Origin: Candidatus Terraquivivens yellowstonensis
Lineage (GTDB): Archaea > Thermoproteota > Nitrososphaeria_A > Caldarchaeales > Wolframiiraptoraceae
Assembly (NCBI GenBank): GCA_023539445.1
Contig: JAKCEW010000001.1
Coordinates: 75,484 to 139,483 of the forward strand
Direction: 5' to 3'
DNA: 64,000 nt
In this document: positions 1 through 10,436 of the stretch, one piece after another
Position numbering within the stretch: position 1 is the first letter of the stretch
Layout: each line of letters starts with the position of its first letter
Notes under the pieces: generated by a model
Seen by the model: only the letters and a program-made list of their open reading frames with translations
Database searches by the model: none
Told to the model about the DNA's origin: nothing
Position numbers and translations under genes: made by a program

Positions 1-423
1 TTTATGAAAACTTTCTCACCCCTGCTTAGCCCAAGATCATTACCAATCTTATCAACAAAGGGCGCGGAGAGAAGAGCGCCGCCTGCTATGGGTAGAAGAC
101 CCAAGAATGAAGGAATCATCACCGCAATAAGTTTGGGTTTTCGAACCTTTCTTATGATGTAGGACTGAGCCTCGTCAATCATTTTTGTGGCAGAGTAGAT
201 ATTCACAAAGAAAACGATTTCTATCGAGATTATCAGTAGTAAAACAGTCGTTTCGTTGGTGAGTGTCAAAAACAATGTGTTCAGCATATTGGGAAACGGC
301 TGCGTTATGAAGCCGAAGAATAGAGTACCCAAAAACAGAGAGATGCCTATGTTTATCTTAAAGACGACGATTGCGATAAGTATTGCTACAAGCGTCACGA
401 TTAGGAAGATCAGTTGTTCCATG
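1..423 (-). CDS. Membrane protein, 5' part only; the gene runs off the window start
   Basis: The reverse strand is open from an ATG (complement of 421-423) to position 1. The translation MEQLIFLIVTLVAILIAIVVFKINIGISLF... is strongly hydrophobic and looks like a transporter or permease. It is not in the ORF track. Confidence 0.4.
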
Positions 424-453
424 CATTGGCTCCTTCTGCTCTTTTCCTGAACT

Positions 454-1287
454 TTAGGCTAAAATTTTTTCCAATTTTGAGTCAAGGGATAGTAGCGCCG
501 ATTTTGACCATATCACAAGCCTTGCGGGCTTTGCTCCGGGTGCTAAATGTAGTACGCTAAGCTCGCCCAACTTAGTAAATTCAACACCAGGAAGGCTTGA
601 AGCTGCCTTTTTAATGCCCCTGTCATTCATACAAACTATCAATGGGCCAACTTTACGTTTATACCTCCTACCTCTCCTCTTCCCCTTTCCAGCCCTAATT
701 TTCTTTTCTTCGCATCTTTCTAGCTCCTCCTTAAGGCCTAACAGCTCTAAGAATTTCTTCAAATCTTTCGCTTTGCTAATGCTCTCGATTTCGTCCGTAA
801 CGACTATCGGGAGCTTCAAATTATCGGGAAGTTTGTGACCCCTTGATTTTACCGCATCCGGTATGGCGGTGAACGCAATCGCTGAGAGTAATGAGGCGAG
901 CTTCTCTTTCTTGTTTAACTTCTTGTAGATTTTCTTTTCGGGTTTTGGCGGATGCGTAGGTCTGCCACCAACAGCGGAAGGCACAAAACCGCCTGACATC
1001 GCTTTTCCCGTACCGCCGCCCTTAACCCTCGATATCCTCGCCATACCGTAGCCTGCTCCCCACGATTCTACAGAATATTTGTGAGCAGAAGCCTTTGAAG
1101 CACCCTTTGGCTGAAGGGTGTGTGTCAACAAATGAATGTATGCTCTTTTGACCAAATCTTCACGCAGCGGCGTATCAAAGACCATCGGCAACTCCACAAA
1201 CTCGACCTCTTTACACTCAAGGTTCAATACCGGAACCTTGGGTCTTTGTCCCTTCTGGGATGTTAGCAAAGAAGATGTGACACTCAT
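454..1287 (-). CDS. rpl4: 50S ribosomal protein uL4 (L4/L1e family)
   Basis: 277 aa. It has a Gly-rich GAGYGMARISRVKGGGTGK segment typical of archaeal L4 and sits immediately downstream of uL3. Confidence 0.9.
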   Translation of the reverse strand: MSVTSSLLTSQKGQRPKVPVLNLECKEVEFVELPMVFDTPLREDLVKRAYIHLLTHTLQPKGASKASAHKYSVESWGAGYGMARISRVKGGGTGKAMSGGFVPSAVGGRPTHPPKPEKKIYKKLNKKEKLASLLSAIAFTAIPDAVKSRGHKLPDNLKLPIVVTDEIESISKAKDLKKFLELLGLKEELERCEEKKIRAGKGKRRGRRYKRKVGPLIVCMNDRGIKKAASSLPGVEFTKLGELSVLHLAPGAKPARLVIWSKSALLSLDSKLEKILA

Positions 1288-1291
1288 GCGC

Positions 1292-2284
1292 CTACACCTG
1301 TATTAATGTGATACGCGGGGGCTCTTGATGAGTAGGTGGCCTTGCAGCGACCCTTAACACAACGGGCCTTTTTGGCGTACCAGGAACGCTCCCTTCTAAC
1401 ACTATTGCGCTACTACGTAATATCCCAAACTTATGAAAACCGCTTTTCGGTGTGAGCTTCATCCCATCGCTTTCTAACTTGAGTATCCTTTTATTGAATT
1501 CCGTCCTACGATGAAAGCCCATCTGCCCAGATCTGGGAACGGTGTACATAACATATGACGGCTTCCAAGGTCCGATGGCACCGACGCCCCTTTTCGTCTT
1601 CCTAGACTTCCTGGGCAGTATCTTAACACCATACCGCTTAACTACGCCTTGAAATCCATGCCCAGTTGTGACAGCTATAACGTCCACAAACTCACCTTCC
1701 CGGAATACCTCAAGAGGTGACAACTCTTTGCCAAGTTTTGAAAGGGCATAATCCAAGCATTTTTGCACGTCGTCACCGCCAACCTTTATCTCTAATATGT
1801 CGGGTTTTTTCTTAGGAAGTCTGACAAGTCTAGGCTGGGATACTATTATCAGCCTGACCTCGGATACCTCTTTCTTGAATTCTTCTATACGACCCAGCAT
1901 TTCATCTTCGTTTGGCCTGAGCGTGGGTATCTTTCTTTTGATATCGGGAGGGAGGTTCTTGCTCCATATCTTTGCTAACTCGACCAACTTCCCTCCCTCA
2001 TTCTTGTAGAGGGTTATGCCTGCGACGATCACGGGCGGTGCCGAGAGTATTGTCGCAGGCTTCTGTACTTCAACCCCCTGAGTCGGAGAGTTGGGTGTTG
2101 TATCTATATAGTAAACTGAAGTTACGCCGGCCTTGTATGCCAAAAAGCCCAAAGGCCTAGGCTCACCCTTATACTCAGGCCAATACTTCACCCTAGGAAC
2201 TAGGCGGCTAGCCCTGCCCCTAGGTAAGAATGCCAGCGACCCCCTCCTTGGCGCAGAGTACTTCCTATGGCCCATCTCTAGCAC
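1292..2284 (-). CDS. rpl3: 50S ribosomal protein uL3
   Basis: 330 aa. The N-terminus MGHRKYSAPRRGSLAFLPRGRA is archaeal L3, and it pairs with uL4. Confidence 0.9.
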   Translation of the reverse strand: MLEMGHRKYSAPRRGSLAFLPRGRASRLVPRVKYWPEYKGEPRPLGFLAYKAGVTSVYYIDTTPNSPTQGVEVQKPATILSAPPVIVAGITLYKNEGGKLVELAKIWSKNLPPDIKRKIPTLRPNEDEMLGRIEEFKKEVSEVRLIIVSQPRLVRLPKKKPDILEIKVGGDDVQKCLDYALSKLGKELSPLEVFREGEFVDVIAVTTGHGFQGVVKRYGVKILPRKSRKTKRGVGAIGPWKPSYVMYTVPRSGQMGFHRRTEFNKRILKLESDGMKLTPKSGFHKFGILRSSAIVLEGSVPGTPKRPVVLRVAARPPTHQEPPRITLIQV

Positions 2285-2347
2285 CGGCCATCCGTTAAGG
2301 AAAGTTTATCGATAACACACCAAAAGGGGCAAGATAAATACTTTCTA

Positions 2348-2803
2348 TCAGCCCTCAGCCCTCAAGGGGTACCTTGGGTCTTCTTTTACTATACTCAACA
2401 CTAAATGCGTTAAGGTTCTTTCAACATAAGGCATCGAGAGGAGCCACTTCACGAACTTATTAAGCTCCTCCCTATTCTTAAACCTCGCAACGATTATAGA
2501 ATCGCTCTCGCCAGTTACATCGTATACGTTGCTCACGTTAGGTTTCTCAGCCACTTGGCGTTGAACCTCTATTAGTTTTCCTTTAGAGATCGTCAGTTCT
2601 ATTATGGCCGTTATTTCGTAACCCAGCTTTTCATAATCAACAAGGGCCGTGTAACCTTTGATTATGCCGCTTTTCTCCAAAGTCACCACTCTTGAAGCTA
2701 CAGTCGCAACAGATATTCCGAGTTTTTTTGCTAGGCTCCTATAGGATGCTCTTCCGTCTTTAACCAGTTCACGTATTATCGCCAAGTCCAACTCGTCCAG
2801 CAT
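2348..2803 (-). CDS. Lrp/AsnC family transcriptional regulator
   Basis: 151 aa. N-terminal HTH (DLAIIRELVKDGRASYRSLAKKLGISVATVASRV) followed by a C-terminal RAM domain. Confidence 0.85.
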   Translation of the reverse strand: MLDELDLAIIRELVKDGRASYRSLAKKLGISVATVASRVVTLEKSGIIKGYTALVDYEKLGYEITAIIELTISKGKLIEVQRQVAEKPNVSNVYDVTGESDSIIVARFKNREELNKFVKWLLSMPYVERTLTHLVLSIVKEDPRYPLRAEG

Positions 2804-2876
2804 ATATATGCCTAAAATTCTAGCTCTTGTTTGTTATAAAAGTCTTAGTGGAACCAAGATTAGGGGCAGGTGATAA

Positions 2877-3464
2877 ATGATGAGCTTATCGGGGGCTGAG
2901 CCGGAACATTTGCTGGAATTCCTCGAATATGTTTACACTTTAAAGGAGATAAGAAGGCGGGGTTGGATGAAGAAGGGGATACAAAGAGTTGAATCGGTCG
3001 CAGACCACTCTTTTAACCTTGCCTTGCTGTCTATGGTGATGGCTGACCTAAGGGGTCTTAACGTCGAAAGATCTGTCGGAATGGCGCTGCTACACGACCT
3101 TTGTGAGTCAATAGTCGGTGATTTAACACCAAAAGACAGGGCCAAACTTGGCATCGAAAAATCTGTAGAGGAAGAACATAAGGCAACAGAGCGTATCTTA
3201 TCGTTCTTACCACCTGCGCTTACCAAAAAATATTTTGAGTTGTGGGAGGAATACAAAACTGAGTCTACGGCCGAGGCGAAACTTGTAAAAGAGCTGGACC
3301 GCTTCGAAAGGGCCATGCAGGCTGTCAGATATGCAAAGAAGAATGACCGCCTTAGGAGGACCTTAAAGCACTTTTGGGAGGAGTTTTTAAAGGACTCACA
3401 AGACCAACTCCTTCGTGATGTTTTGCAGTATGCTATAAAGGCCCAAGGATTTAAGGGAACTTAA
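2877..3464 (+). CDS. HD-domain phosphohydrolase (YfbR-like 5'-deoxynucleotidase family)
   Basis: HD motif H...HDLCESIVGDLTPKD; 195 aa. Confidence 0.7.
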   Translation: MMSLSGAEPEHLLEFLEYVYTLKEIRRRGWMKKGIQRVESVADHSFNLALLSMVMADLRGLNVERSVGMALLHDLCESIVGDLTPKDRAKLGIEKSVEEEHKATERILSFLPPALTKKYFELWEEYKTESTAEAKLVKELDRFERAMQAVRYAKKNDRLRRTLKHFWEEFLKDSQDQLLRDVLQYAIKAQGFKGT

Positions 3465-3491
3465 ATATGCCCTTCAAGTTAGAATAAGGTA

Positions 3492-4559
3492 ATGAGCATC
3501 CTGCTAAGCCTTGAGATGATGGCGAAGTATCCCTTCACGAAGGCTGCCAAGGATTATGTTTCATCTCTTCATATAGACATAGAAAGTCTAGGAAATCCTG
3601 AATTCGCCCGCGTTTATGAAAGGGCGAAATTTAGAGTCGAAGAAGCGTTAGAAAGAGGTGGTAGGTCATATGAGGTCGGTGACGCAAGGGCTCTTATGGA
3701 TAGAGATTTAGAAGTTGAGCTTTTGTCGTTCCCGTTGGCCCTGTTCATGATTGCAGCTCTTGATGATGATTTCGCATCAAGAAGGTTTGGACTTGCTGAG
3801 GCCATCAGGGCCGAAACGCTCATCGCGAAGGAACGATTAGAGGTAGTCGAGGCTTTAGCTACAGAAGAACTGGGCTTTGACCTAAAGAGGGTAAGAAAGA
3901 AGCTTGACAGAGATTACGAGCTTGTGATACATTTTATGGATTACCTTAGAGAAGCATCTAGGTTTAACGCGAATGAGTGGAAGCTCGTCAATAGGTATTT
4001 GGAAAATGGTTATGTCTACATAACCCAGAGAGAGCTGGCAAGGCTGATGAGGAGCTCGATCGAGCGATACATAATAACAAGGGTAAAAACGATCGGTAGC
4101 GTTAGACCGCCAGATTACATGCGAGACTTCATCAAGGAGCAGAAGGATAAACTACTTGCGAGAAAATATAAGATAGAGGCGCTCGCCTCCGGTCTATCAC
4201 CAGATAGTTGGCCGCCATGCATGAAAGCACTTCACCAAAACCTCACTAAGGGGGAGAGCTTATCCCATTTTGCAAACTTTGCACTCGCATCATTTCTACT
4301 TAATATTGGTATGAGTGTGGATGACATCGTAAGCATCTATGCTAACAGGAGCGACTTTGACGAAAAGATTACGAGATACCAGATTGAACATATAGCAGGC
4401 ATGAGGGGTAGTAGGACGAAGTACACGTCACCCTCATGTAGCACAATGCAAACGCACGGTTTATGTATAGAACAGGGCAGATTTTGCGGTGGAATAAAAA
4501 ACCCGCTCTCCTACATCAAAAGATTCGGGCGACTCAAACCTAAAGTTACCAACAGCTAA
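3492..4559 (+). CDS. priL: DNA primase large subunit PriL
   Basis: 355 aa. C-terminal Fe-S domain with spaced Cys residues (CMKALHQN...SCSTMQTHGLC...FCGG); the length is typical of archaeal PriL. Confidence 0.7.
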   Translation: MSILLSLEMMAKYPFTKAAKDYVSSLHIDIESLGNPEFARVYERAKFRVEEALERGGRSYEVGDARALMDRDLEVELLSFPLALFMIAALDDDFASRRFGLAEAIRAETLIAKERLEVVEALATEELGFDLKRVRKKLDRDYELVIHFMDYLREASRFNANEWKLVNRYLENGYVYITQRELARLMRSSIERYIITRVKTIGSVRPPDYMRDFIKEQKDKLLARKYKIEALASGLSPDSWPPCMKALHQNLTKGESLSHFANFALASFLLNIGMSVDDIVSIYANRSDFDEKITRYQIEHIAGMRGSRTKYTSPSCSTMQTHGLCIEQGRFCGGIKNPLSYIKRFGRLKPKVTNS

Positions 4560-4633
4560 GTCATGCTTGATGTTGGCTCCCGTAAATGTTTGATCATCAT
4601 CAAATTTAAAATATTTGTTAAGAATCGAATTTT

Positions 4634-5116
4634 TTGTTGAAATTTAAAGTTACTCCAGGATTGTATAGTCCTGAAAAGGTCAAGAAGATTTCAAGAGATT
4701 TTTCTGGCGGCTACTTGCTGTTGATTGGGCTATCCAAGGCAGTCAGGGTAGTGTTCGGCTCTGTGGGTGCAAGACTCTTGGAGCCAGGCTACTATGTTTA
4801 CGCCGGCTCGGCCATAGGAAAAACTGGATGGAGACTCCTTCGGCACATAGGCCCTTTCAGAAGAAGACCTCATTGGCACATAGACAGGCTTTTGAACAAA
4901 CAGGCTGCAAAAGTCGTAGTTATAGGTATTCTACCGTCCAATAGGAGGATAGAGTGTTCCCTTTCACATATAGTATCCTCGATGGCAACCTATAGCTTGG
5001 CTGGCATAGGTTCGACCGACTGCAACTGCCCATCTCATCTACACTACTTCAAAAAGAGGTCAGACGCCGTGAAAGCCATCAAAAAAGCAATTGAGAGAGT
5101 AGGGAGAGACCATTAA
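4634..5116 (+). CDS. DUF123 / GIY-YIG-like putative endonuclease (true start probably downstream of the TTG at 4634)
   Basis: GYYVYAGSA...HWHIDRL signature of the DUF123 family. Confidence 0.5.
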   Translation: MLKFKVTPGLYSPEKVKKISRDFSGGYLLLIGLSKAVRVVFGSVGARLLEPGYYVYAGSAIGKTGWRLLRHIGPFRRRPHWHIDRLLNKQAAKVVVIGILPSNRRIECSLSHIVSSMATYSLAGIGSTDCNCPSHLHYFKKRSDAVKAIKKAIERVGRDH

Positions 5117-5174
5117 GTTATATGTTCCGAAAACTTTTTGTCCTAACCTCCACCGTAAGTATTTTGGTGATTGT

Positions 5175-5708
5175 ATGGCATGCGAAACTGAGCCGCGCAT
5201 AGAGCTTGTGAAAGGTGATATAACGGATTTGGATACTGATGCCATAGTTAATGCTGCCAACAGTAGCCTGAAGATGGGAGGGGGAGTGGCTGGTGCCATA
5301 CTCAGAAAAGGAGGTTATGAGATTCAAAGAGAGTGTGACGCGATAGGTTATTGTCCGGTAGGTGGTGCGGTCATTACAGGAGCTGGCAAGTTGAAGGCTA
5401 AATACGTGATACATGCCGTTGGTCCGAGATACGGCGAGGGCGATGAGGATAGGAAACTAAAAGATGCAACGCTTAATAGCCTTAGACTGGCGGATCGATA
5501 TGGTCTAAAGAGCATAGCATTTCCAGCAATATCAACTGGAATCTTCGGCTTTCCGAAGGAGAGGTGCGCCAGAATAATGGTGCCAACGGTCGCTGAATTC
5601 TTGGAAAAGGAGGCGAAGAACCTCAAGAAGGTTGTCTTTTGCCTTTACGATGACGAGACCTACAAGATCTTCGAGAAAGTGTTAGAAGAAGTTAGGGCGA
5701 AAAAGTAG
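5175..5708 (+). CDS. Macro-domain protein (ADP-ribose / O-acetyl-ADP-ribose binding or deacetylase)
   Basis: IELVKGDITDLDTDAIVNAANSSLKMGGGVAGAI...HAVGP is the classic macro-domain pattern. Confidence 0.85.
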   Translation: MACETEPRIELVKGDITDLDTDAIVNAANSSLKMGGGVAGAILRKGGYEIQRECDAIGYCPVGGAVITGAGKLKAKYVIHAVGPRYGEGDEDRKLKDATLNSLRLADRYGLKSIAFPAISTGIFGFPKERCARIMVPTVAEFLEKEAKNLKKVVFCLYDDETYKIFEKVLEEVRAKK

Positions 5709-5779
5709 GATAACACGGGCGGACCTGCTTACGTATGTTACAAAACTTTAGACAACCCTCTGTTGAGCTTAGCCAGCGG

Positions 5780-6970
5780 TTAATGTGCCCTCGAGACTGA
5801 CTCGACTATTCTGCGTATCTCCTCATTTAACGCAGCTGGTAAGCCAAACATGCTTACGTCCATGAAACCTCTGACGAGGAGAGCCTCCGCCTCTTCCTCA
5901 GACAATCCCCTAGCCATTAGGTATTCTATCTGTTCCTTCGCGATTTTTCCGATAGCCGCCTCATGGGTCAGCTCGACGCCCCTTATCTCTGCGTCCAACC
6001 TTGGGATGGCATGTATCGAAGCCTTATTTGAAAGCAATAAGCCCCTGCACTCGATATGTCCTTTACTATCTTCGCTTCTTCCAACGATCAATCCCCTTAA
6101 GTAAGCTTGAGCACTATCCGTAGCTATCACTCTAGATACTATCTCTCCCCGCGAGCCTTTGCCGTCGAGCACAATCTTCGCACCCACATCAACATAACTC
6201 CCATCTTTAACGTAGAGAATGGAGTTAAACCTGGCCCTAGCACCCTCTCCTACACAATGTGCCGCTGGAAACATCTGCAGGCTTCTGACGGGGCTTAGGC
6301 AGATATAGTTGCTGACAAATGTAGCCCCCTCTTCGACTAAAATAGCAGTTCTAGGTCTGGTGTCAAACTCAGGGGCCCAATTGTGTATCATAGTAAACGT
6401 TAACCTTGCACCCCGTTTAACATAGATCTCTGTGACGCCAATATGAAGGCCACGACTGACGCTTGGGTGAATGGTACAGCCGGTGATTATCTGCGCATCG
6501 GAGCCCGGCTCTGCGACTATGACGTTGTGGACATTTTGGTTGAATCTGTCTGTCGCGACAAACAAACATGCTTGGAGCGGGAGTGTTAGCTTTTGCCCCT
6601 CAAGAATTCTAACAAAGTATCCATCGTCCCAATCTCTGCCGGCAAGTTCTGTAAACTCATCCGCACTCTTGTCGATGAGCTGCCAAAAGTAGTCCTTAAG
6701 CCACTCGTGCCTTTGAAGTGCCTGCCTCATACTCCCCACCTCGACCTTTCCTTCAAAACCTTTCTTGATTCCATGAAATACGGGCACATCGTCCATTTGG
6801 AAGTATGTCCCGGATCTATCGCCCTCATCAGGTCTTATGCCGACCTGAAGGGAGCGCTTGGCAACATCGTCAGGAAGCTTCGTGAGGGGGCAGGGCGTCC
6901 ATTTTTTAACACCCCTGATAAATTCCTTTAAGTTCAGCGTTGGTACATTTTCTCCTTGTGAGGTATTCAA
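5780..6970 (-). CDS. sufD: Fe-S cluster assembly protein, SufB/SufD family
   Basis: 396 aa, with a SufBD-type beta-helix core and C-terminus. Its start overlaps the sufC stop. Confidence 0.8.
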   Translation of the reverse strand: MNTSQGENVPTLNLKEFIRGVKKWTPCPLTKLPDDVAKRSLQVGIRPDEGDRSGTYFQMDDVPVFHGIKKGFEGKVEVGSMRQALQRHEWLKDYFWQLIDKSADEFTELAGRDWDDGYFVRILEGQKLTLPLQACLFVATDRFNQNVHNVIVAEPGSDAQIITGCTIHPSVSRGLHIGVTEIYVKRGARLTFTMIHNWAPEFDTRPRTAILVEEGATFVSNYICLSPVRSLQMFPAAHCVGEGARARFNSILYVKDGSYVDVGAKIVLDGKGSRGEIVSRVIATDSAQAYLRGLIVGRSEDSKGHIECRGLLLSNKASIHAIPRLDAEIRGVELTHEAAIGKIAKEQIEYLMARGLSEEEAEALLVRGFMDVSMFGLPAALNEEIRRIVESVSRAH

Positions 6971-7695
6971 TGAAACTCCCCCTTACCTATTAAGAGACAC
7001 TTTTCACACCAACCATAACCTTCATGGAGTATCTGTGTAAGAATTTTTAGCGGGTTACCTGAACATGCTATCGTTCCGTTTATCATAACATGGCCTTTTG
7101 TCGCGTTAAGGTAGCGAAGAATGTGACCTGTGTGAGTTATAATTATACCTGTACCCCCGGTTAAGTACTCACTCAGGGCTTTCCCGATCCTCTCGAGGTT
7201 TTCGACATCAACGCCCGAATCCGGCTCATCGATTAGTGCAAAATCCGGTCTTTGGACAAGTAACTGGAGAATCTCCGAACGCTTCACCTCACCTCCTGAA
7301 AAGTCGACGTTTAGATCTCGTTCGAGAAATTCATGATTTAAGTTCAGCAACTTAGTGAATTTTCCTAAGTCATCTTTCGCTTGGCCGAGAACGTTGTTCA
7401 AGAGATCCTTTAGCTTGACGCCCCTGAGCGCTGGCGGATTTTGAAATACGACTCCTATACCAAGCTTTATCCTTTCATTTATAGGCATATCTGTGATATC
7501 CCTGTCCTTGAAGTATATCTTGCCCTTAACGACCTTATAGTTAGAGAAGCCAAGAATGGTCTTGATTAATGTAGACTTCCCCGAACCATTAGGGCCGAAG
7601 AGAACATGCACCTCTCCTTTGGGGACTTCTAGAGTGAGGTTTCTTATAACAGTCTTATCGGCAACCTCGACTGTTAGATTCTCGATCCGCAACAT
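6967..7695 (-). CDS. sufC: Fe-S cluster assembly ATPase SufC
   Basis: ABC ATPase with Walker A GPNGSGKST, ABC signature LSGGE and Walker B; 242 aa. Confidence 0.9.
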   Translation of the reverse strand: MLRIENLTVEVADKTVIRNLTLEVPKGEVHVLFGPNGSGKSTLIKTILGFSNYKVVKGKIYFKDRDITDMPINERIKLGIGVVFQNPPALRGVKLKDLLNNVLGQAKDDLGKFTKLLNLNHEFLERDLNVDFSGGEVKRSEILQLLVQRPDFALIDEPDSGVDVENLERIGKALSEYLTGGTGIIITHTGHILRYLNATKGHVMINGTIACSGNPLKILTQILHEGYGWCEKCLLIGKGEFH

Positions 7696-7836
7696 ATAGT
7701 TAACACCTGACTCGACGCAGACTTCGCTATTGAGTAATATGACACACCTAATATACCCTTTTATCCTAACCCTTAATTGGCGGCTTAACCATACAGATAA
7801 TTCCGCAGTTTGTATGGGGCAAAAAGAGCCGATATA

Positions 7837-8331
7837 TTAAGACATCCTTACCACTAATTCGTTTATTTCTTGACCTCTATACCCATATTCTCCCTTATCT
7901 TTGAATGGTCTCTTAATGCTGTGTTTAAAGCCCTTTCTTGGTGGATGCAGTCTGAAGAAAGGCTTCAGCCCCTTTTCTTTCAGTTGCGATAGCGTAACCT
8001 CTCCGGAGAATATCTTCTCGGCTAGCTCATCGAGTGAGTTAAAGCCTAGGGTTTTAACTTGTTCTTCATCGAGCTTTTTCCCGCCGCTCAACTCTCCCTT
8101 TTTCATTAAGAGCCTTTTTATGGTCTTCAGTGTAGGCTCACCCCAAGTCACGTAATGCTGAACCTTCCTCAACATGCCAAGATAACTTGGCGTGTTCTTA
8201 ACGATCGTGGCATAGTTAGCCCTTGGTAGATTCAATAGCTTTAGCGTTGCACGTTCTTCCTCACTCGCACCGACTGAACCTTTTATTCTAACCACTAAAA
8301 ACGTACTCGTACTCACCTCCAAAGCATACAC
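7837..8331 (-). CDS. rpl30: 50S ribosomal protein uL30
   Basis: 164 aa archaeal L30. It is the last gene of the spc-like block, and no L15 or secY follows. Confidence 0.85.
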   Translation of the reverse strand: MYALEVSTSTFLVVRIKGSVGASEEERATLKLLNLPRANYATIVKNTPSYLGMLRKVQHYVTWGEPTLKTIKRLLMKKGELSGGKKLDEEQVKTLGFNSLDELAEKIFSGEVTLSQLKEKGLKPFFRLHPPRKGFKHSIKRPFKDKGEYGYRGQEINELVVRMS

Positions 8332-8333
8332 CT

Positions 8334-8954
8334 CTAAACAGTCTTCCAGAGGGATGGTAAAACTATTTTATTCGTATTTTTGAGTGCCATATACGTTGCA
8401 CCGACTACGGAAAGTGTGGTCCTCGTTTCTCCAAAACTCCTAGTCCAACAGTCCTTTATCCCTGCCATCTCTAGGACGGCTTTCTGCATATCACCCGCCA
8501 CTATGCCTAATCCCTTTGGGGCGGGAATCAACACAATCCTTACACTCCCGTATTTTCCTTCAACCTTCGTTACGAGGCTGTGTAACTCGTTACATGCACA
8601 CTCCCAGCTTCCACACCCTCTCCTTACCGGGATTATGTTGATCTTTGCTTGGTTTATTGCCTTCTCTATGGCTGGTACGATGTGGACTGACTTTCCCGTC
8701 CCTATCCCAACGTATCCGTCTCTGTTCCCGACTACGACTATTGCTTTGTACCTTCTTTTCTCACCTGCATCCGTCTGTTTCTGGACGAGTTTTATGTCCA
8801 AGACTTCCTGTTCGAGATTTGGTAGAAGTATATCGACTATTTGTGGCTCAGTTATCTTATAATGATTTGAAAAGATTTCATCTATGGATGTTATTTTTCC
8901 ATCTCGCACAAGTCTGCCAAGCTCCGTTTTAGGTACCCATTCTGTCTCGCTCAC
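8334..8954 (-). CDS. rps5: 30S ribosomal protein uS5
   Basis: S5 dsRBD plus C-terminal domain (GYVGIGTGKSVHIVPAIEKAINQAK). Confidence 0.9.
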   Translation of the reverse strand: MSETEWVPKTELGRLVRDGKITSIDEIFSNHYKITEPQIVDILLPNLEQEVLDIKLVQKQTDAGEKRRYKAIVVVGNRDGYVGIGTGKSVHIVPAIEKAINQAKINIIPVRRGCGSWECACNELHSLVTKVEGKYGSVRIVLIPAPKGLGIVAGDMQKAVLEMAGIKDCWTRSFGETRTTLSVVGATYMALKNTNKIVLPSLWKTV

Positions 8955-9529
8955 TTTGATCCCTCCGAGAGAATTTTCTGCTTAACTTCTTCTACATGCT
9001 CTTCAAGCCTTGAATAAGCTTCCTTGTCAACTTTTGTAAAAATTTTAGCGAAAGGCTCTTGGGAGACTTTCTCAAAATACTCTCTTATATGTGTGCCTTT
9101 GAGGCGCTCCTCTGAGGGGAGCACATCTTCACTGACCGGTACTTCAATACCGGCATCCATTATGCCCTTGATAACGGCATATAACCTAGATGCCTTTGAA
9201 AATAGGCCTAGGTCGGCCACAAGCTTCTTTATACCTAATGCCTTTATCTTCATGCCTGCAAGAAGCCCTGTAAGATAAGCCGCGGGCGTGTTCTTCAGTC
9301 CTCCGTTCCAACCTAGTTTTCTGAGCTCTTTGGATACCACCGTCGTCAAGGTTCTATCACCGCCGGCCAGACTCTGGATCGCTTGAACTATTATGTACCT
9401 ATTCGTCCTTCTAATGACTAACCTCGGCAGGCCTGACTTTACTAGCTTTAACCTCTTCCTGTAGTTCGTTATACCCATGCGCCTTCTTTTTGGAGGTGTA
9501 CGTTTAAGCAGAGCTACGCAACCGCACAT
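8951..9529 (-). CDS. rpl18: 50S ribosomal protein uL18
   Basis: TNYRKRLKLVKSGLPRLVIRRTNRYIIVQ N-terminus. Confidence 0.9.
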   Translation of the reverse strand: MCGCVALLKRTPPKRRRMGITNYRKRLKLVKSGLPRLVIRRTNRYIIVQAIQSLAGGDRTLTTVVSKELRKLGWNGGLKNTPAAYLTGLLAGMKIKALGIKKLVADLGLFSKASRLYAVIKGIMDAGIEVPVSEDVLPSEERLKGTHIREYFEKVSQEPFAKIFTKVDKEAYSRLEEHVEEVKQKILSEGSK

Positions 9530-9969
9530 TACGCGAAAACCCTCCTTAACAGCTTGTTCTGCTTTAGGTATTCCATCATAGCGCTCACGGACTTGAAGGC
9601 TCCACTCTTTACCATCTTGTAAACCTTCCTATAAGCTCCTTCCACGAGCATCTTTGAATCCCTAAGCTTTTTCAGGGCTTTCCTCTGTGCTCTGACTTTC
9701 AGCATCCACTGCGTCTTTCTTGGAATTATGGAGTATTTTCCGCCTTTCCTGCTGCCTGGCCCTTTCCGCCTTTTTCGCTCCCGCAACCTTCCCTTACTTA
9801 TTCCCTTTTTCTGAATTTTGTATATTGCGCCATCTTCTATTAGCCGTTTTATTTCCTCGCGAGATATGGCTGCCTCTATCTCATCAAGCCTTTCTTCATC
9901 GAACCTAACCCTGCTCTCACCACACTTTAAGAGCTCCGCTGCCAGCCTCTTCTGAAGTGTAAGGCTCAT
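9529..9969 (-). CDS. rpl19e: 50S ribosomal protein eL19
   Basis: MSLTLQKRLAAELLKCGESRVRFD is the L19e N-terminus. Confidence 0.9.
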   Translation of the reverse strand: MSLTLQKRLAAELLKCGESRVRFDEERLDEIEAAISREEIKRLIEDGAIYKIQKKGISKGRLRERKRRKGPGSRKGGKYSIIPRKTQWMLKVRAQRKALKKLRDSKMLVEGAYRKVYKMVKSGAFKSVSAMMEYLKQNKLLRRVFA

Positions 9970-10436
9970 GTTTCTTCCTCCCTAAATTGCGGCGGTGGGT
10001 TTAGAATTTTTATACCTTTTTCAAGTGCTACTTCTGCTATACGAATCCTTTTTAACCTTCCAACACCAGCTGCAATTCTTATTGCCTGTCTACTTGGATC
10101 TATTCTCTCCAAGTCCTCCGGTCTACTAACTAGGACTTCCTCGAAACCGGATGGATGCAGTCCCCTGAAGTCCTTATCGCCCCTGTACCCTATCTTAACA
10201 AGAGGAGGTGCACCACTTTTTTGCAACCTCATCCTGCTATCTTTACCCCTAGGTCTGCGCCACGCCTCGTCCAGTCGCTTATATCTCCAACTCTCTTGTC
10301 TAACAAATTCTGGCCTTTCTCTTCTTTGCTCTATTACACGTAGTGGTAACTTTATGGTCGCCTTCTTTGTAACTGGTGTGCCCTCTGTCGATGTTGTGGC
10401 CGCTCCCTCTTGGGATTTAGGCACTTCTTCGCTCAA
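9966..10436 (-). CDS. rpl32e: 50S ribosomal protein eL32
   Basis: WRRPRGKDSRMR...GYRGDKDFRGLHPSG is L32e. Confidence 0.9.
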   Translation of the reverse strand: MSEEVPKSQEGAATTSTEGTPVTKKATIKLPLRVIEQRRERPEFVRQESWRYKRLDEAWRRPRGKDSRMRLQKSGAPPLVKIGYRGDKDFRGLHPSGFEEVLVSRPEDLERIDPSRQAIRIAAGVGRLKRIRIAEVALEKGIKILNPPPQFREEET